DNA of 63,405 nucleotides, filler included, from Folioceros fuciformis (GCA_049999805.1; 18 parts of 18 records of this genome joined end to end with filler, not necessarily neighbours in it), one strand, 5' to 3'. Positions 12,146 to 24,971 are shown, numbered from the whole stretch's first letter. Notes: generated by a model from the sequence alone, not told the origin. Translations and numbers: made by a program.

Positions 12146-12802
12146 CCACGAATCGGCGGTAGTATCCCACCATCCCAAGGAATCCACGCAGCTCCTTCAG
12201 TGTGGCTGGGGCCCTCAAGGCAGCAATCACCTTCATCTTGTCCGGGTCCACTTCAATGCCCCTTGCTGAAATTCTGTGACCTAGCAAGATCCCTTCAGCC
12301 ATGCCAAAATAGCATTTCTCTGGATGCAAACAAAGTTGCGTCTCACGGCACCTGGCCAAGCACAGCCTTAGGTGCTCCAGATGCTGCTCCACCCCTCCAG
12401 ACACACAAAAATCATCTATGAACACCTCTAGGAACTTGTGGAGGAAATCCTTGAAGATCTTGTACATGCTGCGCATAAAGGACCCCGGTGCTCCTGTCAG
12501 CCCAAAAGCACTCCTCTTGTAGGCAAATGTCCCCCAATCAGTTGTGAAGGCTGTCAATGGCCAGTCACTCTCCCTGAGGGATAGCTGATTGTAACCAGAA
12601 TAGCCATCCAAAAAGGAGTAAATCATGCGGCCAGCCACCAAATCCAGAATGTTGTCGATGAATGGCAAGGGGAAATGATCCTTCTTGGTGGCTTTGTTCA
12701 GCCTTCTCCAGTCCTGGCACACTCAGATCTTCCCTTGCTGTTTCTTGGGCACCACCACGATTGGGGCCACCCAATCTGAGTTCACAATTGGAAAAATCAC
12801 AT
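12146..12802 (-). mobile_element. Ty3/gypsy reverse transcriptase fragment
   Basis: KKDHFPLPFID, LDGYSGYNQ, FGLTGAPGSF, EVFIDDF, LRGFLGMVGYYRRF. Nearly identical to 20590-21240. Confidence 0.95.
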
Positions 12803-12902
12803 NNNNNNNNNNNNNNNNNNNNNNNNNNNNNNNNNNNNNNNNNNNNTTAATTAATTAANNNNNNNNNNNNNNNNNNNNNNNNNNNNNNNNNNNNNNNNNN
12901 NN

Positions 12903-14815
12903 CAGGAGGTGGATTAGGAGGATCGAATACTGGATCGGCAGGTTCTTCACCTTCATTGTCTTTAGTTTCTTTTATTTCCCCCCTCGAGTAGCAGCCGGAG
13001 AATCCGGAGCTGCTTGAGATGAAGGAGCCTCTGGAACAAAAGCATCCGGAAAGGACCAAGAATGAAGGTCAAAAGAAACAGATAGATCGTCTAGGGGACG
13101 AGGAGTAGAAGTATGAGAACTGTCATCCTCGTCAGCATCCACAACAGGGCCACGAGACAGCACAGATCCTTCATCAAAAGTAACCGTGCAAGCATACACC
13201 GGAGTATGAGATTGAGTATCAACTAACTTATACGCCTTGCGGTCCTCCCCATAGCCAACAAACACAAGTTTCCCTGCTCGAGAAGAGAGCTTATCTCTTA
13301 AAGGAGAAGGAACATAGGCATAGGCTGGAGAGCCGAAAACCCGAAGGTGAGAGATAAGAAGCTTATAGCGAAACCAGCATTCAAAGGGAGTACGACTAGC
13401 AACAACCCTCGTAAGCAGCCGGTTCTTAATATAAGAGGCTGTGGAGATAGCCTCAGCCCAAAAGGACTTCGGCAGACCGGACTGGGCAAGCATGGCCCTA
13501 GCCATGGCCATAAGGTCACCGTTGGCCTTCTCCGCAACACCATTCTGAGCAGAAGTGTAAGGGACTGTAAACTGGCAAGTAATCCCTCTATCTTCACAGA
13601 ATGCTTGGAAGAGACCACTGTTGAGTTCCCCCGCATTGTCGGAACGAATGCACCCAGCTTGCACCCTGTGTGCAACTCGGCCATCGAGACAAAGGGCTGG
13701 AACACAGCAAAGGAGTCACTCTTGAGACGGAGCGGATACACAAAGGTATAACGAGAGTAATCATCAACAATTGTCATAAAATGGCGGGCTCCGCCTAGAG
13801 AGAGTACAGGAAGAGGTCCACACAAATCCACATGAACTAGTTCCAAGGGCTGAGAAGCTCTGTGGGCAGGAAGACTAGAGTATGGAGCACTACGCTGCTT
13901 AGCCAACACGCAGGCTTCACAAAATGGGGAAGTCTTCGCCAAAGCTGGAAGCTTGTAACGGTAGAGATCCTGCATGGACATGGCAAGAAGCTTGGCAGAG
14001 TTAAGATGCCCAAGCCGACAGTGCCATAAAAAGGCTTGCCCGGAGGACGAGTGCCTTGTAGTTGCTGCAGCCTTAGTCGAATCCACCACAGAAACACTGG
14101 AGGAAGACACAAGGGTGCCAGAAAATATATATAGATCGCTCTGGAGACAACCTCTGGCAACCACCTTGTGTGGCTGAGAGGTACGAAAGAGTAGACAATT
14201 GGCTTTGACAAATTCCAATTTAAAAATACCATCTTGCATAAGATGCCAAATGGAGATAAGATTCTTGGCCATTTGTGGAACATAGAGAACATCCTTCAGA
14301 ATAAGGATAGAACCATCGTCTAATTTGAAAGTCACCGTCCCTAAGCTATGCATGAATGGCAAGACCGCAGTCATCTCCTAAGAGTACATACCGTGGAGGT
14401 TCAGAAGACACCTCATAGGTAGTAAACATTCGCTTGGAACTGCAAATATGAGCAGTAGCTGCAGAGTCAAGGAGCCACGTCTTGTGTGCCGATACGACAA
14501 GACACACTGTTAGAGCAATCTCTGAATTAAGCTGATTCTTGGCCTTGGGCGTAGCTACCATGTTGGCAGACTTGGGCGCTCGCTTGGCCTCACCAGCTTG
14601 CTTCTTTCTACACTCCCTCTCCCAATGGCCAGGAATTTAACACCAATTACAAACACCTTGGCGCTTCTGGGGTTTGGAGGTAGAGGCAGCAGAAGCAGAT
14701 TTGGGATGACTGTTAGAAGGAATCCGCTTTGACATATTGTCTCTCTTCTTTGTCTGATGTTGATTCCGCCCTCGGGATGCAAACATCACACGTTCACCAC
14801 CATGCTTAGATGTTC
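12903..14815 (-). mobile_element. Ty1/copia gag-pol fragment (zinc knuckle, protease, GAG-pre-integrase, integrase), frameshifted
   Basis: CNWCKIPGHWEREC, WLLDSAATAHIC, LWHCRLGH, LELVHVDLCGP, IRSDNAGE, QNGVAE, HLRVFGS. Spread over ORFs 14346-14561, 13298-14374 and 12972-13664. Confidence 0.95.
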
Positions 14816-14948
14816 TGTGGAGGCAAAACCCCGGGCACTAATTGCCGACGGGTTCCACCTTTAGTGGCCACACTTATCCCACTGTCGTTGAGACATTGGG
14901 TTTCGTTCCCACGAAGGAGCGATGGGGTTCCTTGCTGCTGTGGATGGA
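14816..14948 (-). mobile_element. LTR 3' end (family B) adjoining copia gag
   Basis: Reverse complement of ...CCCGGGGTTTTGCCTCCACA, the same terminus as at 30946, 54147 and 59299. Confidence 0.8.
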
Positions 14949-15048
14949 NNNNNNNNNNNNNNNNNNNNNNNNNNNNNNNNNNNNNNNNNNNNTTAATTAA
15001 TTAANNNNNNNNNNNNNNNNNNNNNNNNNNNNNNNNNNNNNNNNNNNN

Positions 15049-15099
15049 AACCCTTTTTCAACCAAAACAAACTACTACCCCAAACTTTGGAGGTTCACA
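15049..15099 (-). mobile_element. LTR terminus (family D) inserted into gypsy RNase H
   Basis: Exact reverse complement of 10518-10568. Gypsy DHFALKHLVNK resumes at 15101. Confidence 0.65.
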
Positions 15100-16914
15100 G
15101 GATCATTTCGCACTAAAGCATTTGGTGAACAAGGTAGATCTGTCAGGGAGGATAGCCAGGTGGGTTTTGCTATTACAAGAGTTCACCTTTACAGTGGAGA
15201 CCCGCGAGGGGCACAAGCACGTCAACGCCGATTACCTCTCGCGACTGCAGTCGGAGGAGGTAAGCCATGATCAGGAGGATGAGTTTCCGGATGAAGCTCT
15301 GTTCACAGCAGAAATCGAGGGTGAAGCGGCTGTGCCCAATCGTAAGCGCCAGCGGAAAGGAGGCGCAGCAGGAAATGAGAAGGGGAGGTTCGGCCCACCT
15401 ATTTGGGAGTAGCGGAATTCCTGGAATTGGGGGTCATTCCTACCAATATATCAAGACAGCGGAGGCAAGCTTGGGTGCACTACACTCGACCTTTCACCCG
15501 CAGCGGAGGGGAGCTGTATCGAATAGGGCCGGACGGACGCCAAGGTCTATGGATAACAAGAGAAAGGATTGAGCAAGTGCTAAGGGGCCTGCACGATGGG
15601 GAGGCAGGTGACCATTTCGCAGTGCATATTACTTGCAGGAAGATCCTCGAGGCAGGATACTGGTGGCCCACGATGTACAGAGATACAGCACAGTACGTAA
15701 AAAAATGTGATGCCTGCCAGCGGGTGGGGAAGCCTACCCCGACGACGCAATGGCCGTTGGTGCCAATTTTGGCTTTGGCCCCCTTCGAGATGTGCGGAAT
15801 CGATTTTGTGGGACCGATCCAGCCAAAGACTCGAGTTCGGCAGAATCAGTACATTTTGGTTGCGACGGATTACTGCACAAGGATGGTGGAAGCACAACCT
15901 CTGCAAGTGGACACTGCGATGTGGTCGCGAAATTTCTGTTCGAGCAAGTGATTGCTCGGTATGGCTCCCCGCTAAAGTTGGTAAGTGACTGGGGTACCCA
16001 CTTTGTGAATGAGGTAATCACCCATATGGCGGACCATTTCAATGTGCAGCACAGGCGAACTACCCCCTACAATCCGAAGGCGAATGGGCTGACAGAGAAA
16101 GCGAATGGTCTTTTGTGTCAAATACTGAACAAGATGACAGTGGAGTATTCTTATGACTGGGATCTCAAGCTCCATTCGGCGCTGTGGGCGTACCGGACTG
16201 TAGAGAGAGTCACCTCCCATAAAACTCCTTACTATCTTACTTATGGCCATCACCCGGTGATGCCTGTGGAGTTTGAAGTGTTAACCCCGCGTGTTCAAAA
16301 CAGGGATCGGATGACAGTGGAGGAGAGTCAGCTGGAGCGCCTGGTTAGTTTCATTAAACACACTGAAGACATGGAAAAGCTTTGGAAACAATGCAGGAAA
16401 TGCAGACTAGGAGGAAGGAGTGGCATGATCGCAGGATGAAGCAACAGGAGTGGGTAGTGCCTGGTGATTTGGCTCTGCTGTATGACAACAGGTATATGCA
16501 CTTTCTAGGGAAATTACATTTGAGGTGGATGGGACCATATAGGGTCGCTGAGGTTTTGGACAATGGCTCCATTCAGCTGCAAAATATGGATGGACAGCTG
16601 CTACCAACCAGGGTGAATGGGTGGCGTGTGAAGAAGTATTATGTGCAGGTTGGCGAGGGCACCAACAGATGAGAAGGGGAGTATGTGAACGAAAAAAACT
16701 TTCGGAACCCCCATTTTGAGCGACGGAATGAGCAGGTTGTGATTTTTTTTTGTGAAGGGACAGGCGAATCGGCTTAGTAGGTAAATAAGACCAGGGTGTT
16801 TATGCCCAAAGTCCCTCTTGGGCTTCGGGGTTTGGGGTGTACTAGAGACCGGGACAAGGAGGGGGAATGAGCGAGTGCCTCCTTGGCCCTCGGGTCATTG
16901 AGAACATTAAGGAC
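15100..16914 (+). mobile_element. Ty3/gypsy (Athila-like, no chromodomain) pol 3' part, PPT and start of 3' LTR
   Basis: GRIARWVLLLQEF, integrase HHCC (H..EAGDH...GYWWPTM...CDACQ), GIDFVGP, VSDWGTHF, ANGLTE, WMGPYRV, VNGWRVKKYY, with frameshifts. PPT GAGAAGGGGAG at 16671-16681; LTR starts TGTGAAC at 16684. Confidence 0.95.
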
Positions 16915-17014
16915 NNNNNNNNNNNNNNNNNNNNNNNNNNNNNNNNNNNNNNNNNNNNTTAATTAATTAANNNNNNNNNNNNNNNNNNNNNNNNNNNNNN
17001 NNNNNNNNNNNNNN

Positions 17015-17550
17015 TTTTATCATTGGATTTATATAGACTTGGTATCTAATATACCTAAGTTTTTCATATGTTTAGTTTGTAATTCCCGACCGAGGGATTT
17101 TGTAAGTAAATCAGCTGAATTATCCTGAGTTTATATGTAATGGATATCTATGGTTTTATTTCCCAACATTTCTCTAATGTAGTGATACTCGACATCTATG
17201 TGTTTAGTTTTGGAATGGAAAACAAGATTTCTAGCTAATGCCATGGCTCCTTGGTTGTCATTGTATAAGGTTGTAGGTTTGTCTTGTGTGTGATTAAGTT
17301 CACTTAAGGCTAACCTACTCCATACAATATCTTTGGTAACTGAGGTTAGTACTCTATACTTTGACTCAGTGCTTGACAAGGCTATGGTGGTTTGTTTCTT
17401 ACTTAACCATGAAATAGGAGCCTTGCATAACATAAGTATATAGCCAGATACTGATCGTCTTATGTCAGGGTCTCCAACATAGTCGGCATCAGCATATGTT
17501 GTTAATACTGGATTATTCATACTTGGTGTATGTTGATAAACTAACCTTGT
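17015..17550 (-). mobile_element. Ty1/copia RNase H fragment
   Basis: YADADYVGD...RRSVSGY, ISWLSKKQ, ALSSTESKY, DNQGA, KTKHIDVEYHYIRE, ADLLTKSL. Contains a stop and is interrupted at 17551 by a gypsy LTR. Confidence 0.93.
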
Positions 17551-18621
17551 TGTGGAGTGATTTCTTGCACCCAAGAACCACCAAAGGACCACACATCCCC
17601 TTATTATCGTTGCAGAATTATGATTTGCTCCCAAGGGAGTGAACTAGTGTCAAGGTTTTCTACAATCTTCCCACACTGCCCTAATCTAACCCTATCTATC
17701 AGTCGGCTCCTAGCCCTAGCCTCACTACAAAAAAAAAATTCAGAATCCTTAGCCATGTCTTCAATGCCAACCACAGCTCCAGCTGAATGAGAACTCCAGC
17801 ATCATCTTCAGCTCCCACCTACAGCTCCAAGTATCAGCCGCCTCAGCAACTGAGAGGAGGTCCCAACCCTAGCCTTGGCCTCCACTCTCAGCTCTAAATG
17901 CTAGCCACCTCAGTAGCTGATTGAGAACTTTAGCACCTAATCTCCTCACCTCAACACTTCAAATCTCTACTCCAGCACTTCAGCTTTTCAACCCTTCATC
18001 CCGTCATCCCTTCACCCTCACGGTTCACTCCTAGATTTTGGAACACAACAACCCCTCACTTGCAGTCCTTGAGGCGGGGATGTGCAGACCCAGGCTGCAT
18101 AGCCTCCTTGGCTCACAGCCTTGCAATCCGTCGCCTTGGAAACCCCTTAGGGACGTCAAGGTACCCCAACCACCCAACCAGCATGCAAGAAAGGTCAACC
18201 CTTGCGGATCTGGCCACCCAGATCTTAGCAATTTTGGGAGCCGCTACGTTTCCCTAGTGGCATGGGGAATCAAGGCCAAGGTGTATCTGCACACTGGATT
18301 AACCCTCTAACCCAACAGCCTGCACACAAGGTCAAGGGAGCTCTCACCAAAAAAAACCTCCCCCTCAATAACAGGCCTGGCCTCTTATAATCCCTTGGCC
18401 CGGAACCCCTGTCACTGCCTAACCAGGTCAACACACCTTAGACAAAACCCTCCACTCGTCAAAACCCTAAACCTAAGGCCGACCTAATCCTAACCCTAAC
18501 TCTGATCTAACTCTAATCTAACAGAATCTTCTAACCTTTCCTCTACAACATTCACTCACAGATCCAAAAAAAAGGAGAACCCATTATTTCCCAGGGGTCT
18601 GTTCAACATGTGGAGTCCACA
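17551..18621 (-). mobile_element. Complete 3' LTR (family A, 1071 bp) of the adjacent gypsy element
   Basis: TGTGGA...TCCACA inverted termini. PPT lies directly upstream on minus (18622-18634, GAGAAGGGGAGTA). Terminal sequences recur at 27584, 53378, 60888 and 63091. Confidence 0.9.
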
Positions 18622-21545
18622 TACTCCCCTTCTCATTTGTTGGCGTCCTCGCCAACTACTGATAATACTTCTTCACACGCCAGCCATTAACCCTGGTTGG
18701 CAAGTTAGGACCATTGAGGTGCTGCAGTTGAATGGAACTATTCTCATACACCTGCAGCACCCTGTAAGGTCCCATCCATCTCAAATGAAGCTTACCTGGA
18801 AAGTGCATGTACCTATTGTCATATAGCAAGGCTAAATCTCCAGGCACAACATACTCTTGTTTACGCAACCTCTAGTCATGCCACTTCTTCCTCCTCTCTT
18901 GGACATCAAGGAAAACAGCCATCGCCCATCCCTTGTCCTCATCATGCTGCAAAAAAACTAGTCAATCTCTCCAACTGGCTCTCCTCCACAGGCAATCGGT
19001 TGCTCTCCTGTATTCTCAAGGTGGGTACCTCAAATTTGATGGGCATGACCGGTGAGTGTCCATAGGTGAGGTAATAAGGGGTCTGCTGGGTAGTAACCTT
19101 CTCAGCAGTCCTATACTCCCACAAGGCTGAATGGAGTTTCCTATCCCAGTCATGAGCATAGGTGACGGTGAGTTTGCTGAGAATCTTGCACAACAGCCCG
19201 TTAGCCTTCTCTGTGAGTCCATTGGCCTTAGGGTTGTAGGGAGTGGTCTTCCTATGACTGATATTGAAGTATTCAGTCATGTGCTTGACCACTTCATTGA
19301 TGAAGTGAGTCCCCCTATCACTCACCAGCTCCAACGGGCACCCATACCTTGTGATGATTTGCTCAAACAAAAATCGGGCCACCACATTTGTTGTGTCCAT
19401 GGGCAAAGCTTGGGCCTCCACCATGCGTGTGCAGTAGTCAATTGCCACCAGGATGTATTGGTTCTACCTTCCCTTGGACTTGGGCTGAATTGGTCCTACA
19501 AAATCAATCCCCCACTTCTCAAATGGTGCTAGGGCTAGGATGGGGACCAATGGCCATTGTGTGGTCCTAGTAGGCTTACCCACCCTTTGGCATGCATCAC
19601 ACCTCTTGATGAATTCTCCAGCATCAGCATGCATTGTTGGCCACCAATACCCTGCTGCCAGAATTTTTTTGCAGGTCACATGGGCTGCATAATGGCCTCC
19701 AGCCTCTCCCTCATGAAGGGAGCTGATAACTTGCTCCACTTGGCCAGGTTTGACCCACACCCTCTCCACGCCATCAGCCCCTGTGCGATACAGCCTGCCC
19801 TTGTACTTAACCACTAGCCTTGTGAAGTACAAGAATTGCCGCTGCTGCTGCAGTGTGAGATCAACTAGAAATTCCCCCGTGCCTAAAACATCAGACACCT
19901 CTTGGTGGGAAGGCTTACGGAACCCTCTTCTCCCCTTCTCATTTGGTGCTGCACCTTCACCTCTTGGCAACCTAACATTTGGTTTGGCCCTCTCCTTCTC
20001 CACTAGGTCTGCTGAAAATGCCTCATCCGGAAAATCATCTTCTTGGTCCTGAACCACCTTCTTCGTTTTCAACCTGGATAGAAAATCAGCACTCACATGC
20101 CTACTCCCTTCCCTTGTTTCCACGGTGAATGTGAACTTCTGCAAGAGCAAGATCCAGCGAGCTATGCGGCCCGATAGGTCTGCCTTGTTGACCAGGTGCT
20201 TGAGAGCAAAATGATCAACATGGAAGACAAACTCATAGGAGAGGAGGTAGTGGCGGAATTTACGACAAGAGTAGACCATGCCAAGTGCCTCCCTCTCGGT
20301 TGTGGTGTACTTGCGTTCAGCCTCTGTAAGTTGACGTCCAGCATAGTAGATTGGGTAGTCCCTCCCCTTCTCATCCCGCTGGCTAAGGACTGTCCCAATG
20401 GCAAAGGCTGAAACATCCACGTACACATGGAATTTCTTGTCCCAATCAGGCCCCTTGAGTGTTGGTGCTGTCACAAGAGTGGTCCTCAAGTCTTGAAACG
20501 CAGCCTCCCTCGCCGCTGTCCACTCCCAAGATTGCTCCTTCCTCAATAGGCCCGTCAAAGGGGCAGCTCGTCTAGCAAAATTTGGCACGAACCGGTAGTA
20601 GTATCCCACCATCCCAAGGAATCCACGCAGCTCCTTGAGTGTGGCTGGGGCCCTCAAGGCAGCAATCACCTTGTCCGGGTCCACTTCAATGCCCCGTGCT
20701 GAAATTGTGTGACCTAGCAAGATCCCTTCAGTCATGCCAAAATAGCATTTCTCCGGATGCAAACAAAGCTGCGTCTCACGGCACCTGGCCAAGCACAGCC
20801 TTAGGTGCTCCAGATGTTGCTCCACCCCTCCAGACACACAAAAATCATCTATGAACACCTCTAGGAACTTGAGGAGGAAATCCTTGAAGATCTTGTACAT
20901 GCTGCGCATAAAGGACCCCGGTGCTCCGGTCAGCCCAAAAGCACTCCTCTTGTAGGCGAATGTCCCACAATCAGTTGTGAAGGCTGTCAATGGCCAGTCA
21001 CTCTCCCTGAGGGACAGCTGATTGTAACCAGAATAGCCATCCAAAAGGAGTAAATCATGCGGCCAGCCACCAAATCCAAAATGTTGTCAATGAATGGCAA
21101 GGGGAAATGATCCTTCTTGGTGGCTTTGTTCATGAAGCCTTCTCTAGTCCTGGCACACCCGGATCTTCCCCGGCTGTTTCTTGGGCACCACCACGATTGG
21201 GGCCACCCAATCTGAGTTCACAATCGGAAAAATCACATATGCCTTCAAGTACTGCTCCAGCTGTTCCTTTACCTTCATGGAGTATTTTGGATTCAACTTG
21301 TACTGTGGAATTCGAACAGGAATAGCGCCTGGCTCCAAGTCGATCTTGTGCTCCCCCCACTCTTTGGGAATTCCCTCCATTTCTGTCACCTCAAAGGCAA
21401 ACACATCGATGAACTCAACCAGGAGTTGCTTCATTCCCTCCTCCAATTTGGCATCCAGCTGTTTGGAAAACTTCGGCACCTTGCCTGGCAACACCTCCAC
21501 ATCCTTAATTTCATCAGCCTGCACCCATTCACGCTGCACGGGTGC
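18622..21545 (-). mobile_element. Ty3/gypsy (Athila-like) pol: RT, RNase H, integrase, with stops and frameshifts
   Basis: ORFs 21144-21539, 19464-21044, 18942-19448 and 18656-18868: WVAPIVVVPKK, VFIDDF, DVSAFAIG, YTTTEREAL, GIDFVGP, SDRGTHF, WMGPYRV, VNGWRVKKYY. Order RT-RH-INT. Confidence 0.97.
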
Positions 21546-21645
21546 NNNNNNNNNNNNNNNNNNNNNNNNNNNNNNNNNNNNNNNNNNNNTTAATTAATTA
21601 ANNNNNNNNNNNNNNNNNNNNNNNNNNNNNNNNNNNNNNNNNNNN

Positions 21646-22929
21646 GTCTCCTCTGAGTCATCGTCTGACTCATCTAGTGAGTCAGGAATAAAGGCTCCCA
21701 CTGAGTCCTGAGACTCCACACCTTCTACGAATATGACATCCCTGGAATGAGTTACTCTGCGGGTATGTCTGTCAATCACCTTGTATCCTTTGATGCCCTC
21801 GGTGAATCCAATAAATATGCAGGGTGTAGACTTGGGTTCAAACTTCTTCCGAAGGTCCTTGTGTATATGAACATATACTGGTGAGCCAAAAACCCGCATG
21901 TTGGAGATATCTGGCTTTACTCCAGTCCACACCTCATAAGGTGTCTTGTCCTTGACAGCAGCATGCTCAATACGATTTTGTATGTACATAGCATAGGCTA
22001 CGGCTTCTGCCCAGTAGCATTTAGGAAGTTTTGCATAGCTTAGCATGCTGGAGGCTGACGTTTCGAGTGCCTTGTTTTTATTCTCGGCCACTCCATTTTG
22101 CTGAGGCGTCCGTATAGTGGTAAGCTGCCTAGCAATGCCATGGGCTTGGCAAAAAGCTTGAAACTCTCCAGATACGTATTCTCCCCCATTATCTGAGCGT
22201 AGTGCCTTCAACTTCTGCTCAGTTTGATTTTCTGACCATATTTTGTACTCCATGAAGCAGGGCAGGGTATCTGACTTGTGCTTGAGTAGATAAACCACAG
22301 TGAATCTGGAATAATCATCAACGAAGGACAAGAAATAGAGCTTGCCGCCAAGAGATGTGGGAAGAGGCCCACAGACATCACTGTGAACAAGTCCAAGTAC
22401 CCTCGTAGCTCGTTCAGCCTGCTCAGTTGGAAATGCAGACCTTTGATGCTTGCCTATGACACAAGAATTGCAGACTCCAAAATCAGATAAGGTATCCAAC
22501 TTCAATCCTTTGACCAACTGTTTTTGATGCATTCTTACTAACTTCTGGAAATTCAAGTGTCCAAGTCTTAAATGCCACAAATAGGTCAGGGAAGGCTGCG
22601 ACATGTGAGCTGAGTGCGTAGCTGCATTGGCATGAACTTTCTTAACATCAAGATGGTACAACTCGTCTGCTCTCAGTCCTCCTGTGGCCATCAGCCTTCC
22701 ATCGGGTGTCTCCACTACACACTTGCTGTCACCAAAACAGATGTAGCAGCCAGATTCATCAATTTTCCGTACCGAAACCAGGTTCTTGGCTAGGCCTGGG
22801 ATGTACAAGACATCTGGAATTTCCAGATGCTGATCAGGTTCAAGGTCGAGCTGAATTGTACCTTGTCCTTCAATTTTGTGTATGGAATCATCACCCAAGC
22901 ATACAAACCTTTCTCCTTGCACAGGTTGC
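21646..22929 (-). mobile_element. Ty1/copia pol fragment (GAG-pre-integrase + integrase), uninterrupted ORF
   Basis: Open for over 420 codons: LWHLRLGH, C..C.IGKH, VHSDVCGP, LRSDNGGEY, TPQQNGVAE, MRVFGS, SRDVIF. Confidence 0.97.
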
Positions 22930-24637
22930 NNNNNNNNNNNNNNNNNNNNNNNNNNNNNNNNNNNNNNNNNNNNTTAATTAATTAANNNNNNNNNNNNNNN
23001 NNNNNNNNNNNNNNNNNNNNNNNNNNNNNGTGGAGACCCGTAGAACCCATCACCAGTACCTAACCCTGACCCAGAGTTAGAAGCACCTGACATTTCTCGT
23101 GAATTTGACTTCAACGTGTAAGCCGACGATATGTTGTGACACAACGCCGAGTGTACGAGGTAAGTACAAAGCACGAGATTAATATAATAAATATGTTACC
23201 ACTTGTATTTTAGGATCCAACCGTCATAATTCCTCCCTTGCTACAAGTGATCTAGGGAGAGGAGGAGGGCTTGGTGACTTCAGCACTCTCGGAACTTAGG
23301 TCAAGCCCTTGAAATTCTTGAATTTGGGTTGCCAAGTTAAGAAGGTCTTCGTTGGCGTTGGCCACCGATTGCCAGAGAGCCAGAAGTCTATCCCGCCGAG
23401 CCGGAGGAGCAGTGGATCCAAGAGGGTCACCACACGAAGCATAAACTTCCGCCAGAGAGCGCTTGGGAGGAACAACTCGAATGGCCAATCCGCAATGTGG
23501 AGGTGGCAAAGAGTCCGATTCGATTTTCACAAGAGCTGGTCCAACAGGCGTGGAGATCAATTGTTGAGAGGCTGTATTATGTGTAGAAAGGCCACCAGCA
23601 AAGTTCCTGAAAACCAGAATTCTTAGAAAAGTAAGGATTAGTTAGATCCGGGGAAGGATAGGTCAGGTCCGGGCCCGAACCGGCGTTAAGTTTGCCGGTT
23701 CGGTTATGAACCGGTGCACACCCGGTCACGGGCACCGGTTCATAATGAACCGGTCCGTAACGACTGGGCGGGGGCACAGGTTCGGATCCCCGCACCGTTC
23801 CGCGCACTGCGAGGGCATCCTCACGCGCTGCGGCGATGTGGGAGGCCTCTCCCTGAACCTGCACCTCCTACAAAGAATTGTGGTTGGGAAAGGATTGTGC
23901 TCCCCCTGCTGCCAGATCCGCTTGGCGAGCTCCTACCTGAAGAGCAAACAATCTGGGATTCCTGTGTGTGCAATTTGGACTGAAGCAAGGGCAATTATGG
24001 GCAATCTAAGGCCTAGAAGCAGCAATCTCAAGCGAATTTGAGAGAGGTACAGACGCCTGGATTCCATGTAGTCAGCCATGGGCAGAGAGCCAAATTGCGA
24101 TCTGATCAGAAGAAGATAGGGCCTGCAATTCCCTCGGAGGATTCAGAATTCCGAAGATTGGACATCGTCCGGATGCCTGATCCCTTGCAATTCTATTAGG
24201 TTGAGGCCCAGTTTGCCTCTGAGATCGTGAGCCTGGACGTTGAGATCTCGTGTGAGTTCTTGCCATGGTGATCTGATTGGAGAGATTGAGAAGAATTGCC
24301 CCCGCGACAATTGTCTCGCGTCGCGCATGTGAACGAAGCGCAAAGAGGGAGAGGCCACGAGCCTCTCCGCGAAAATTAAAGTCATTTTTACGGCGTTTGC
24401 CCCTTCATATGTTTATACCAAACCAGATGTGTAATGTGTTGAGGTATGAGTCGGGTAAGTAACCATCTCCACATCAAAACTCTGAGGTTAAGTGTCTAGG
24501 GGTAGGATTAGTACTGAGGTGGGGGATCGATCAATGGTATTATTTTCTTGGATTTTTATATCAGAACATTCTATTCTGAAAGTAGAATGTATAGAGAAGC
24601 TTGCTACTCTAATCTAAACCTGTTAATTTAATTAGAA

Positions 24638-24772
24638 GATTTAATTAGAAGCAACTTTCTATTAAACATCCTAAGAGATCCAGAGATCTCCCCATCTTAC
24701 GCAGATTTAATTAGAAGCAATTTTCTATTAAACATCCTAAGAGCTCCAGAGATCTCCCCATCTTACGCAGAT
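24638..24772. repeat. 66-bp direct duplication
   Basis: GATTTAATTAGAAGCAA...CCCCATCTTACGCA at 24638 and 24704. Confidence 0.9.
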
Positions 24773-24840
24773 CTCCCCAGAGATCTTGCGCAAACTCAAC
24801 AGCATTTTTCTAGCCATGATCAGTAACCATGTGAGCCGTA

Positions 24841-24852
24841 GCTCTGATACCA
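24841..24852 (-). promoter_or_regulatory. Primer-binding site complementary to initiator tRNA-Met
   Basis: TGGTATCAGAGC on minus, the canonical PBS of plant LTR retroelements and caulimovirids. Confidence 0.8.
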
Positions 24853-24971
24853 AGTTAGAATTGCTAATGCGGAAGCAGATGCATCGAAGATGATCTATTA
24901 GCAACTAAATAGGTGGATACAAAGGTAGGCCTTAAATAGCGGTTTACCCTGCCCCTCCTGGCGGGTTGAGC

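Larger units (their letters stand above)
23030..24970 (-). mobile_element. Putative non-autonomous LTR-type element (PBS, degenerate unknown ORFs, PPT-like tract)
   Basis: PBS at 24841-24852, purine tract AGCAAGGGAGGAA at about 23230-23242 on minus followed by TTA-TG, and interrupted ORFs between them. Paired LTRs could not be confirmed. Confidence 0.45.
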
